From NCBI GenBank assembly GCA_050011565.1, contig JBEKIW010000005.1, positions 1 to 64,000 on the forward strand: a stretch of 64,000 bases of DNA. The letters run 5' to 3'. Below are positions 38,466-47,460 of the stretch, piece by piece (the stretch's first letter is position 1; each line of letters opens with the position of its first letter). This DNA comes from Dehalococcoidia bacterium. Lineage in GTDB: Bacteria; Chloroflexota; Dehalococcoidia; GIF9; UBA5629. Below the pieces are notes generated by a model. That model did no database searches, was not told the DNA's origin, and was given only the letters and a program-made list of their open reading frames with translations. The position numbers and the translations under genes are program-made.

Positions 38466-39053
38466 ATGGTCAAGTTCAATGGAGTGAATCATCTAGCGAT
38501 GGCTACAGGTGATATGGACACCACCATCCGTTTCTGGCGAGACTTGCTCGGCATGAGGCTGGTCGCCGGACTGGGCGCACCCGGATACAGACATTATTTC
38601 TTCCAAATCTCGCCCTACGACCTCATTGCCTTCTTTGAATGGCCCGGAGTGATACCCGTGGCGCCGAAAGAGCACGGCCGACCGGTTAAGGGGCCATATA
38701 TTTTCGACCACGTTTCTTTTGGCGTGGAGACCGAGGACGACCTCTGGGAACTAAAGGACAAACTGGAAGCGGCCGGCTTTGACGTATCAGACGTAATCAA
38801 TCACGGCTTCATTCATTCTATCTATGCTTATGACCCGAACGGTATTCCCATCGAGTTCTCCCACAACGTGCCGGGAGTCGATATCCGGAAAGAGCCTCAA
38901 ATGAGAGACCGGGTACCGTCCAAAGTAACTTTGGAGGGAGCAGAACCCAGAACCGAACAATGGCCGAAGGTTAAAAAACTAACTCCAGCGTCGAAGCGAA
39001 TCGTATATCCGGGCGCCGGCAGTGAACTGTTTCACGGCAAGAAACAGTCGTAG
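38466..39053 (+). CDS. VOC/glyoxalase family protein
   Basis: NHLA, DHVSF, SIY.YDPNGIPIEF. Confidence 0.88.
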   Translation: MVKFNGVNHLAMATGDMDTTIRFWRDLLGMRLVAGLGAPGYRHYFFQISPYDLIAFFEWPGVIPVAPKEHGRPVKGPYIFDHVSFGVETEDDLWELKDKLEAAGFDVSDVINHGFIHSIYAYDPNGIPIEFSHNVPGVDIRKEPQMRDRVPSKVTLEGAEPRTEQWPKVKKLTPASKRIVYPGAGSELFHGKKQS

Positions 39054-39114
39054 ACAAGGGGATTGACGCCAAACGGGGCGGATGCTATGCTATTCGCTGG
39101 TTTTATTACCGAAT

Positions 39115-39202
39115 GCCGAGGTGGTGGAACCTGGTAGACACGCCATCTTGAGGGGGTGGTGGGCGCAAGCCCGTAGGAGTTCAAATCTCCTCCTCGGCAC
39201 CA
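39115..39202 (+). tRNA. tRNA-Leu(GAG)
   Basis: CCATC-TTGAGGG-GGTGG; long variable arm; CCA. Confidence 0.93.
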
Positions 39203-39226
39203 TTTTTGATATAATGGAGCATCGTC

Positions 39227-39282
39227 ATGTAGCGGCGAGGCTTTAGCCTCGCCGATGCGACCTTAAAAGGTCGCAACTACAT
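39227..39282. repeat. GTAG-type REP-like double-hairpin element
   Basis: ATGTAG...CTACAT ends enclosing CGGCGAGGC/GCCTCGCCG and TGCGACCTT/AAGGTCGCA hairpins. Confidence 0.65.
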
Positions 39283-39326
39283 TAAAAAATAAATTATTGA
39301 CACAGCCTTTAATATAGTAAAAACGT

Positions 39327-39401
39327 GCGGAAGTAGTTCAGCGGTAGAACGCCTCCTTGCCAAGGAGGAAGTCGCGAGTTCGAATCTCGTCTTCCGCTCC
39401 A
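39327..39401 (+). tRNA. tRNA-Gly(GCC)
   Basis: CCTCC-TTGCCAA-GGAGG; CCA. Confidence 0.95.
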
Positions 39402-39412
39402 TATAATTTTAG

Positions 39413-39488
39413 GGCGGCGTAGCCAAGTGGTTAAGGCGGGGGTCTGCAAAACCCCTATTCAGCGGTTCAACTCCGCTCGCCGCCTCCA
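39413..39488 (+). tRNA. tRNA-Cys(GCA)
   Basis: GGGGT-CTGCAAA-ACCCC; CCA. Confidence 0.94.
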
Positions 39489-39494
39489 CTTCTT

Positions 39495-39577
39495 GCCGAG
39501 GTGGCGGAATGGCAGACGCGGCGGACTTAAAATCCGCTCTCCGCAAGGAGGTGTGGGTTCGAGTCCCTCCCTCGGCA
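39495..39577 (+). tRNA. tRNA-Leu(TAA)
   Basis: GCGGA-CTTAAAA-TCCGC; long variable arm. Confidence 0.94.
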
Positions 39578-39634
39578 CTTTTACCATACTGGACACCGTG
39601 CATCTCTTCATACTAAGAAGGCACGCAGAAGGGT

Positions 39635-39862
39635 ATGATGAAAAAATGGAGTCTCACCCTAAAGGTCTTCGTAATAGTAGCTGCAACTTGCCTTTTGTAT
39701 GTTCTTATAGCCAGCATTGTAAGGGTCTCCATCGGGCAAATTTCCATCCTGAGGGCTGTCATACGTCTCATCATTTTCGGACTAATCGGTGGCTCCATAG
39801 TAGGAGGCATCGCCGCCGGCATCACGGCACTTATAATAGCTATCAAGAAGCTGGGCGAATGA
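39635..39862 (+). CDS. Small membrane protein
   Basis: 75 aa, hydrophobic helices. Confidence 0.6.
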   Translation: MMKKWSLTLKVFVIVAATCLLYVLIASIVRVSIGQISILRAVIRLIIFGLIGGSIVGGIAAGITALIIAIKKLGE

Positions 39863-39901
39863 AATTTACATCAATCAAAATTCGAGTAGGAGGAGGTTAT
39901 T

Positions 39902-40957
39902 ATGCGGCAATGGAAATTATACCTAATTATAGTCCCGTCCTTAGTCTTTCTATTGTTTGCCACGATGGCAGCATGCTCTCAACCACCGGCAACTATTGAA
40001 AATCAGCCTGTCAGCCAGAAGCCTGCAGAATTCGAAGTAGGCCCCATTACTTTTGAGCCGGCCACGGTCATGGTCGGTGGTTTATTTGCTGCCACTGCAA
40101 CAGTCAAGAATACTGGAGATATTGCCGGCACTTACACAGCAACGCTATCTGTCAATGGGCAACAGGTTGACAGTAAAGTCATTCCGGTTGACCCGGGAGG
40201 TAGCCAACAGACCAGCTTTCAGCTTTCAAAGTCAACCGCCGGCAGCTATAAGCTAGCAATAGGCGATTCCAGCATTATACTGACCGTCTATAACTGGAGC
40301 CCGTATAAAATCCAGTACGATGGGTCGGAAGGGGCGCTAACAGGTATCTATGTAAGCGGAGACAACGGACATATAGTTCGCTTCACTCCTCCTAACAATA
40401 CCTTCAGAATTCAAAAAATCAAAATTTTTGGGTTTGCTAAAGTAAGAGACACCTATGAATTCGACAAAAACCATGTCACGATAAGAATTTGGGATAGGGA
40501 AGGAAACAACCAGCTATGGTCTCAAGATTTCCCCTGGCGTTTGTTCCTGGGCGGTAGCTGGCAAGATATAAAAGTGCCTGACATACGTGTGAACGATGAT
40601 TTCGAAGTGGAAATAGTCACACACAGCGATCCTGCCGGGGGAGATTCCATTGGCTTTGTCTCTTTCGGTGAGGTCCCTCCCGAAACAATTGGTAGTGCTG
40701 GGGGAGTTTTCGTCTTCCAGCCAGCTGGAGAGAAGATTCCAAGCGTTATCTGTATTGGTTTCGATTATCCTCAATCTTACACGTCATCACCTTCGAACCG
40801 CCCAGAAACGCGTTCCGGCTACTCCTATATGGGTAAACTAATTGACCCGGGCCAAGGCAGATTGAAAGGCATCAATTGGCTAATCCAGGTTGAAGGCGAA
40901 GGTGAGGGGGTAACTAAAGCTGTGGGTTCGAATCCTTCCCACGGCACTGTTATCTAA
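39902..40957 (+). CDS. Lipoprotein with CARDB/Ig-like domain
   Basis: Lipobox MAAC; ATVKNTGD..GTYTATLSVNG; AGGAGG SD. Confidence 0.75.
   Translation: MRQWKLYLIIVPSLVFLLFATMAACSQPPATIENQPVSQKPAEFEVGPITFEPATVMVGGLFAATATVKNTGDIAGTYTATLSVNGQQVDSKVIPVDPGGSQQTSFQLSKSTAGSYKLAIGDSSIILTVYNWSPYKIQYDGSEGALTGIYVSGDNGHIVRFTPPNNTFRIQKIKIFGFAKVRDTYEFDKNHVTIRIWDREGNNQLWSQDFPWRLFLGGSWQDIKVPDIRVNDDFEVEIVTHSDPAGGDSIGFVSFGEVPPETIGSAGGVFVFQPAGEKIPSVICIGFDYPQSYTSSPSNRPETRSGYSYMGKLIDPGQGRLKGINWLIQVEGEGEGVTKAVGSNPSHGTVI
40921..40948 (+). repeat. Copy of tRNA-Leu(TAA) 3' end (att-like)
   Basis: 25/28 identity to 39552-39579. Confidence 0.8.
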
Positions 40958-41900
40958 GCTTCTTGCCGATAATCGCCTTTACCGCCTGCTCAATGGCTTC
41001 GGCGGTCAGGCCATACCTCTGGAGGAGCTCGTCGGGCTTGCCGGATTTGGCGTAGATATCTTTGATGCCGATGAAAGCCATGGGCACCGGCTTTTCCCTG
41101 ACTACCACCTGGGCCACCCGGCTGCCCAGGCCGCCGTGAAGCAGATGCTCCTCAGCAACCACGATGGCACCCGTCTGCGTCGCTGCTAAGACAATAGCTG
41201 GCTCATCCAGCGGCTTCAAGGTGGCCATGTTTAGTACCCGACAGTCGACACCTTGAGATGCCAGACTTTTGGCGGCTTCCAGCGCTTTGGAAACCATTAT
41301 GCCGCAGGCAATAACGGTTACGTCCTTACCGTCCCTTAACGTTACCGCTTTGCCCAGATTGAAGCGATAACCTTCAGCATTAACTGCCGGAAACTTGGGA
41401 CGGCCCAGCCTGACATAGAACGGGCCGTTTGTAGCGGCGGCAGCCCTTATCGCCTCAGCCGTCTCTATGCCATCCGCCGGCACGACGACATTAAAACCGG
41501 GCAGCGAGCAATAAAGCGCCAGGTCTTCTATGGCGTGATGTGAAGCGCCGTCTTCACCTACAGTAATGCCACCATGTGTAGCTACAATCTTCACATTAAG
41601 CTTCGGCTGGGCAATGCATATCCTGACCTGGTCAAAACAGCGGCAGGCAGCGAAAACAGCGAAGGTGCTGACAAATGGCATTTTCCCCGAGGCGGCAAAC
41701 CCGCCGGCAATGCTCATCATGTTCTGCTCTTCTAAACCACACTGGAAGAACCGCTCAGGGTATTGCTCGGCGAAGTATTTGGTCATCGTCGAGGGGGACA
41801 GGTCAGCATCAAGGACAACTATATCTTTATATTCCTGGCCCAGTTCCACCAGGACTCTGCCGTAAGCTTCCCTGGTGGATAACTCCGCGTAGGCCGTCAT
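40950..41900 (-). CDS. Transketolase C-terminal subunit
   Basis: LDADLS, GEDGASHH, EEH..HGGLG. Confidence 0.92.
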   Translation of the reverse strand: MTAYAELSTREAYGRVLVELGQEYKDIVVLDADLSPSTMTKYFAEQYPERFFQCGLEEQNMMSIAGGFAASGKMPFVSTFAVFAACRCFDQVRICIAQPKLNVKIVATHGGITVGEDGASHHAIEDLALYCSLPGFNVVVPADGIETAEAIRAAAATNGPFYVRLGRPKFPAVNAEGYRFNLGKAVTLRDGKDVTVIACGIMVSKALEAAKSLASQGVDCRVLNMATLKPLDEPAIVLAATQTGAIVVAEEHLLHGGLGSRVAQVVVREKPVPMAFIGIKDIYAKSGKPDELLQRYGLTAEAIEQAVKAIIGKKLR

Positions 41901-42739
41901 GCCAGCTCCTTTAAGGCTATCTCAGCTTCCTGTGGGGTAGGCGCCTTGCCATGAAAATCTACATTCCCCTCCATAAAGCTCACGCCCTTGCCCTTAATCG
42001 TGTGGGCGATGATTACTGTCGGCTTTCCTTTCACTTCCCCGGCTTTTTTTAAGGCCTGCAGAATCTCCTTTATGTCATGCCCGTTTATTTCAAGTACATG
42101 CCAGTTAAAGGCACGCCATTTATCTGGCAGCGGTTCAAGGCCCATAATGTCGCAGACACGGCCGCTAAGCTGCAGGTCATTGTGGTCAACTATAGCCGTC
42201 AGATTATCCACTTTATGATGTGGGGCAAACATAGCCGCCTCCCAGACCTGTCCTTCATCGCATTCTCCGTCACCGAGAAGTACGTATACTCGATAGTCCC
42301 GCTTGTCCAGTCTGCCGGCCAGAGAAATGCCGATACCGTAGGACAACCCCTGCCCCAGAGAGCCAGCCGACATCTCCACTCCAGGGGTCAGCGTTCTATC
42401 GGTGTGCCCCTGTAGGCGACTGTCAAGTTTTCTCAGCGTGGAGAGTTCTTCTACAGGAAAGTAGCCGCATTCCGCCAGGGCGGCATAAAGTATTGGGGCG
42501 GCATGCCCTTTGCTTAGTACAAACCGGTCGCGGTCAGGCCACTGTGGGTTTTTGGGGTCGTGGCGCATCACTTTGAAATAAAGTGCAGTGACGATATCAG
42601 CGGCAGAAAGAGAGCCGCCGGGATGGCCGCTGCCCGCCGTGGCTATCATGGTGATGACGTCACGACGCAGCTGTTTGGCCATCTTCTCCAGCTCGGGGAT
42701 CGATAAATCTAATTTGACTCCGGTGCGTGGCTCTGTCAT
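41897..42739 (-). CDS. Transketolase N-terminal subunit
   Basis: SGHPGGSLS, LSKGHA, GDGE..EGQVWEA. Confidence 0.93.
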   Translation of the reverse strand: MTEPRTGVKLDLSIPELEKMAKQLRRDVITMIATAGSGHPGGSLSAADIVTALYFKVMRHDPKNPQWPDRDRFVLSKGHAAPILYAALAECGYFPVEELSTLRKLDSRLQGHTDRTLTPGVEMSAGSLGQGLSYGIGISLAGRLDKRDYRVYVLLGDGECDEGQVWEAAMFAPHHKVDNLTAIVDHNDLQLSGRVCDIMGLEPLPDKWRAFNWHVLEINGHDIKEILQALKKAGEVKGKPTVIIAHTIKGKGVSFMEGNVDFHGKAPTPQEAEIALKELA

Positions 42740-42792
42740 AGGGTTGATAAATTATAGGCTAGTTAGATAGGAATTGTCTATTTATTTATTAA

Positions 42793-42866
42793 CCTCACCC
42801 CCTACCCCCTCTCCTTGGAAAGGAGAGGGGGAGAAGAAGTCTTACGAAGGGGCTTCGCCCCTTCGT
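42793..42866. repeat. Palindromic intergenic repeat element
   Basis: CCCCCTCTCCTT/AAGGAGAGGGGG hairpin plus CGAAGGGG/CCCCTTCG hairpin. Confidence 0.6.
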
Positions 42867-42902
42867 GCCTCCCCATTGAGAATATCGGGTTCCTCAATTA
42901 TA

Positions 42903-43751
42903 ATGCTTGAGGTGATTATAGACTTCCATACCCATGTGGTACCGCCGGGAATAAAAGAAAGGCGCGATAAATACCTGGGCCGTGATGCCTGCTTTTCCTC
43001 GCTCTATGCCGAACCCAAAGCTAAGCTGATTACGGCTGAAGAGCTCGTCACGGCCATGGACGAATATGGAATCGACAAGTCGGTGGTACTGAACCTGGGC
43101 TGGACGAGCCACGAGCTCTGTGTTGAGACCAACGATTACATACTGGAGTCCATAGACCGTTTCCCAAAGCGGCTCATCGGCTTCTGCGCTATACAGCCCT
43201 TAGCCGGCGATGAGGCTATCAAAGAACTGGAGCGATGCGCCCGGAATGGTGCCAAAGGCGTCGGTGAAATGAGGCCAGATGTTCAGGGATTTGACTTCAA
43301 GGACAGCTCAGTAATGAAACCCATCATAGAAGCGGTCATGAAACATGGCTTGATTTTCCTGACCCATGCCTCCGAGCCAGTGGGGCATCAGTACTTCGGC
43401 AAGGGCAGGATTACGCCTGAAGTCATTTATCCACTCATTGTAAATTTCCCCGATTTGAAACTGGTATGCGCTCATTGGGGCGGTGGCTTACCCTTCTACT
43501 CCTTGATGCCCGAAATAGGCGAGGCCTTGAACAATGTTTATTTCGATACTGCCGCCACTCCATTCCTGTATAAACCTCAGATTTTCAAGTATGTAACCGA
43601 TATTGTGGGCTCCGACAAAATCCTTTTCGGCAGTGATTACCCCCTCCTGTCGCCGAAACGGATAATAGACCAGCTCGAGTCAATTGAGCTTAGCCCGGGA
43701 GACAGGGCTAAGATTCTCGGAGGCAATGCACGAAGACTGTTGTCCATATAA
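42903..43751 (+). CDS. Amidohydrolase_2 family metal-dependent hydrolase
   Basis: IDFHTH, AHWGGG, ILFGSDYP; the upstream ORF extension is repeat-derived. Confidence 0.88.
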   Translation: MLEVIIDFHTHVVPPGIKERRDKYLGRDACFSSLYAEPKAKLITAEELVTAMDEYGIDKSVVLNLGWTSHELCVETNDYILESIDRFPKRLIGFCAIQPLAGDEAIKELERCARNGAKGVGEMRPDVQGFDFKDSSVMKPIIEAVMKHGLIFLTHASEPVGHQYFGKGRITPEVIYPLIVNFPDLKLVCAHWGGGLPFYSLMPEIGEALNNVYFDTAATPFLYKPQIFKYVTDIVGSDKILFGSDYPLLSPKRIIDQLESIELSPGDRAKILGGNARRLLSI

Positions 43752-43784
43752 TTCGGGGCACACTTCTGCGAGGGGTAAAGAGAT

Positions 43785-44372
43785 TTGAGTGAACAGACAG
43801 TCCGGTCTTTTATTGCCATTGAATTGCCGGAAGCGGTTAAAACAGGACTACAGCAGCTTCAAGCCCAGTTGACATTACCCCAGTACAGCTTTGTAAAATG
43901 TGTGGCACCCGAAGGTATGCATCTTACTCTAAAATTCCTGGGCAATATATCGGCTAATAAAGTAACCGATATAACCGGGGCTATGGAACAGGCTAGTCAG
44001 GGAGTTAGCCCCTTTCAGCTACAAATTACTGAGGTGGGTGCCTTTCCTAATTTGAAACGCCCGCGCGTCCTGTGGGTAGGTATAAAGGGCGAGGTGGATA
44101 AACTCGTAAGCTGGCAGCAGCGATTAGACAACGGACTGGTCCCGCTGGGCTTCGCCAAAGAAGCACGACCGTTTACGCCGCACTTGACCTTAGCCCGTCT
44201 GCGAGATAATTGTTCGCCCGTGGACAGCTTGCATCTCGGCGAAACAGTCGCCAATGCACAGGTTAAGGTAAATTATAAATTTACGGTAACTAGCCTGAAT
44301 CTGATGAGAAGCCAGCTTTTGCCAACAGGAGCCGTCTACAGCCGTCTGGCCGAAGTAAAATTAAAAAGCTAG
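43785..44372 (+). CDS. thpR: RNA 2',3'-cyclic phosphodiesterase (2H family)
   Basis: HLTLKFLG and FTPHLTLAR. Confidence 0.92.
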   Translation: MSEQTVRSFIAIELPEAVKTGLQQLQAQLTLPQYSFVKCVAPEGMHLTLKFLGNISANKVTDITGAMEQASQGVSPFQLQITEVGAFPNLKRPRVLWVGIKGEVDKLVSWQQRLDNGLVPLGFAKEARPFTPHLTLARLRDNCSPVDSLHLGETVANAQVKVNYKFTVTSLNLMRSQLLPTGAVYSRLAEVKLKS

Positions 44373-44467
44373 AGTTGTTGTCGCACCCAGGGCACGATGT
44401 TATAATATCTAGTCTGTCCACGACTGAGACCTGCCAGACCTGAACTGAGCACAGACTGGCAATAGAT

Positions 44468-44542
44468 TCCCGAGTAGCTCAGCGGTAGAGCGGGCGGCTG
44501 TTAACCGCTTGGTCGTAGGTTCGAGTCCTACCTCGGGAGCCA
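44468..44542 (+). tRNA. tRNA-Asn(GTT)
   Basis: GGCGG-CTGTTAA-CCGCT; CCA; TATAAT at 44401. Confidence 0.95.
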
Positions 44543-44660
44543 ACCCCCACTAAAAAAGAGCCTATGTTCTCCTGGCACAAAGCAGTAACACTATTACTCT
44601 CCTGCCAGTGATATAATAGATATTGAGGCGCTATGCTCCCATTTTCTCTTAGGAACGTCA

Positions 44661-45275
44661 GTGAGGTTAGTTATGGCTTTACAGGATGAACTAAGGGCAT
44701 TGTTAGACAACAGCATAGAGGAACCACCACTCCAAGTTTTCCTTCAGCAGCACCCTGAGATTTTGATGCGTACGTTTGGCCAGGGAGCGCAGTACTCAGT
44801 AGTGCTCCCTAAATTCCGTCTGGCCGAAGATTTCATTCCAGATTTCGTCATGATTGGACGCCGGTCAGGATCAGCAGGGACATCGTGGGACGTGGACCTA
44901 ATAGAAATCGAGCCTTCCGCCGTAAGGGGGTTATTATTCACTAAGAAGTATCTAGCTCGGGGGCATCTTAGGGTGGCCATGTCACAGGTTGATGACTGGA
45001 AGATATGGATGGAGAAGTACGAGCAGACTATCTTCGTGCCCAAAGCATTTGAGCAGCTCAAGGCAATAGGAGCGTGGGACGACCACCCGGAGTTCTATAC
45101 TCCAACAATTGGCACTCATCAGCATATGATAGTTTGGTATCGCATTATCATTGGACGAAGAAATGATTTCGATGATCGAGGAAATGAATACCGAAATCTT
45201 ATCTTGAAAGAATCTCGCAATAGAGTCGAGATTGTTACATGGGATCGTCTGCTGGACAAAACAAGGCTAATTTAA
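44661..45275 (+). CDS. Shedu (SduA/DUF4263)-like nuclease, catalytic domain only
   Basis: E..LQ.FL..HP, IPDF, IEIE, SQV..W, IIIGRR, IVTWDRL. Confidence 0.75.
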   Translation: MRLVMALQDELRALLDNSIEEPPLQVFLQQHPEILMRTFGQGAQYSVVLPKFRLAEDFIPDFVMIGRRSGSAGTSWDVDLIEIEPSAVRGLLFTKKYLARGHLRVAMSQVDDWKIWMEKYEQTIFVPKAFEQLKAIGAWDDHPEFYTPTIGTHQHMIVWYRIIIGRRNDFDDRGNEYRNLILKESRNRVEIVTWDRLLDKTRLI

Positions 45276-45311
45276 TCTTGTGGTGCAACCAAATCACAAA
45301 TGGAATAATAT

Positions 45312-45346
45312 CTTGGCCGTAGGTCTGAATCCTACCTCGGGAGCTA
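45312..45346 (+). repeat. tRNA-Asn 3' end copy 1
   Basis: 30/35 identity to 44508-44542. Confidence 0.85.
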
Positions 45347-45409
45347 CATCACCTTCTCCCAAAGCATATGCTAGGGGAAAAATCACACCGCATTAAGTGA
45401 GGCATAGAA

Positions 45410-46591
45410 ATGGAAAGTTCTGCGCTTACTCCGGAGAAACAATTTCTGAAATATCATGATAGGCTGAGAGAGGAACTCAACTGGGCACATACACATCATG
45501 AAATTTGCAAAACATTAAGAAAGCATAAGTCCGATTACCTGAATGAAATGAATGCAGCCCCTTCATTTTTTGGTTTGACAATCGATGCCCATCTTTTTGC
45601 CACCATAATGAGCATCAATAAATTAATTGATGAGCACTCCAGCAGCTCTCTCAAAATGACGAGGTTTTTTGAATTTATTGAGGGAAACTTCAGTATTTTC
45701 TCAGACGAGTCATACATAAAGCATCTTCGTGTTAAAGGCTACGACGATGAAGATTGTGGGCATTGGCTAAAGAAAAGAACTAAAATTACGCGTGACACTA
45801 TAAAAGAAGATAGGCAGGTCATTAAAAATATACCTATTGAGAATCTGAAGGATTGGAGGGACAAGAAACTTGCACACATAGATGAAAAGTACGTCCTGAC
45901 AGATACCAAAGTATCTCAAAAAAGCCCTATTACAAGCGCTGATATAGATAAAATAATCAATAAATTACACGGGATATTAAATCGTTATTTATTGGCATAT
46001 GACGGTTCGGGATGGGAGATCGGTTTACCCGCTGGAGTATCTGATCAGATAGTGTATGTATTAGACTCAATTAGGTTACACCGACACCAGCATGCAAAGA
46101 AAAGCCTGCCGAAGAGCGCCAAGAAGCCCAATCAAAAGAGGCATTTTATACTTATTCTATATGAACAATTTAAGGAGCTATCAGAGTCCACCGGAATTAT
46201 TTTTTTAATATTCGGAGTTATCTTTTTAGTTCTTGCTGTAGTTTTACTTCAGGTAAATAGCGTTCAAGAAGTTGCATCTAGACTGGTGTTCCCTACGGCA
46301 TTAGCAACGATATCATTAGGAATAGGGTTTATAGCAGTTGGCGTGACAGTCAAGTCTGATAAAAGATATTCTGAGTTATTAGGAAGAATACTTCATCAGG
46401 TAGAAGATTTGCCGTATAAATTAGGTGACAAAGTTAGGCTACCAAGTGTACTTGGTGACTATAGTAAAGAGGCTGCTCAAAAGAGGTTGGATGAAGATAC
46501 AAAAAATAATAGGGGTCAGCCACGTGGTGAATTATTTGAAGTAGAGAAAGGAAAATGGGCAATTTATTGGGGTGGAAAATATCCACTGTAA
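45410..46591 (+). CDS. HEPN (AbiU2-like) domain fused to a 2-TM region
   Basis: Helical domain with RDKKLAH (Rx4-6H); two hydrophobic helices in the C-terminal third. Confidence 0.65.
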   Translation: MESSALTPEKQFLKYHDRLREELNWAHTHHEICKTLRKHKSDYLNEMNAAPSFFGLTIDAHLFATIMSINKLIDEHSSSSLKMTRFFEFIEGNFSIFSDESYIKHLRVKGYDDEDCGHWLKKRTKITRDTIKEDRQVIKNIPIENLKDWRDKKLAHIDEKYVLTDTKVSQKSPITSADIDKIINKLHGILNRYLLAYDGSGWEIGLPAGVSDQIVYVLDSIRLHRHQHAKKSLPKSAKKPNQKRHFILILYEQFKELSESTGIIFLIFGVIFLVLAVVLLQVNSVQEVASRLVFPTALATISLGIGFIAVGVTVKSDKRYSELLGRILHQVEDLPYKLGDKVRLPSVLGDYSKEAAQKRLDEDTKNNRGQPRGELFEVEKGKWAIYWGGKYPL

Positions 46592-46706
46592 AGCATGATT
46601 TGGCTAACTATTTTCCTTAGGTCCTACTCATAGGTAGCTTGATTGAGCAGCCACCCGAAAGTGGATGATATGCAGAAGAAGATTCAAAACTATTTTTGTC
46701 CCCAAC

Positions 46707-46925
46707 TTACTTTGTAACAGTCCGCCCATGCTCCTCCAGCCACTTTATAACCTCATTCCAGGACTTGGCCTTTGCTTTTTGGGGAGCTTTCGACTTACGC
46801 CACCTTATTCCACCTTTGCCTACAAGGAACGTTCCAATATTCTTGTCACTACCATCATTGACCTCGAATCTAACCATCTTAGTCCCCTGTAGTTCCTGGT
46901 TTTCCATGCAGATTTTTACTCTCAC
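46707..46925 (-). CDS. Small basic hypothetical protein
   Basis: 72 aa; AGGAGG SD before GTG; TG-TATAAT upstream. Confidence 0.7.
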   Translation of the reverse strand: MRVKICMENQELQGTKMVRFEVNDGSDKNIGTFLVGKGGIRWRKSKAPQKAKAKSWNEVIKWLEEHGRTVTK

Positions 46926-47078
46926 AGTTTGCCTCCTATTATATACTCTTGCGAATACGAACTGTAACTACGATTATACACTCGCTCAACACAAAATAGA
47001 AGACCTTATACCGAGTTCTGTCAAGCCGCCCCCGCCGCAGTATCTTGTAGATGGCCTGCCGGCCGAGCCTGTAATACC

Positions 47079-47111
47079 TGGCCGTAGGTTCGAGTCCTAC
47101 CTCGGGAGCCA
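47079..47111 (+). repeat. tRNA-Asn 3' end copy 2
   Basis: 32/33 identity to 44510-44542. Confidence 0.92.
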
Positions 47112-47460
47112 GCTGATTCCACCAGGAGGAAAGGAATGAGATAGGGGGCAATTGTAACCTCCGACCCCAGTGATGTGAAAATGGCGCTATCCCAATTTAG
47201 CTACAGTCATCACATTATTGATATTCCTACTCAATGTGTTAAAATGACGAACGGCTTCGCTGCCTTCAGATAGGCTGTTACTGAAAATTCAGTTTAGCAC
47301 ACAATAAATTAACATTAATTCAAACCCGCTAGAAAACAATTAGAAGGAGGGTAAAACCGTGGCTACGAGCGGACCTATAGCAAAGCGCCATATCAGTAAG
47401 GTTACAAAAATTCAATCTTTCATTAAGCATAGAATTCATGGGGTAAAGGAGTTGTGTTGT

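Larger units (their letters stand above)
39578..40948. mobile_element. Integrase-free islet at tRNA-Leu(TAA)
   Basis: Bounded by a direct repeat of the tRNA 3' end. Confidence 0.6.

Noticed and set aside
39427-39999. 190-aa ORF and the 39409-39603 ORF
   Set aside because: They overlap tRNA-Cys and tRNA-Leu and better-supported genes
42774-42902. N-terminal extension of the amidohydrolase ORF
   Set aside because: Translated from the palindromic repeat; the family start is at IIDFHTH
44411-44461. Alternative pairings in the tRNA-Asn leader (AGTCTGT/ACAGACT, TGCCAG/CTGGCA)
   Set aside because: Stems are short and unsupported without comparative data
46665-47151. ORFs 46665-46892, 46696-47139 and 46939-47151
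   Set aside because: Shadow the SD-supported 72-aa gene or run through the tRNA-derived repeat
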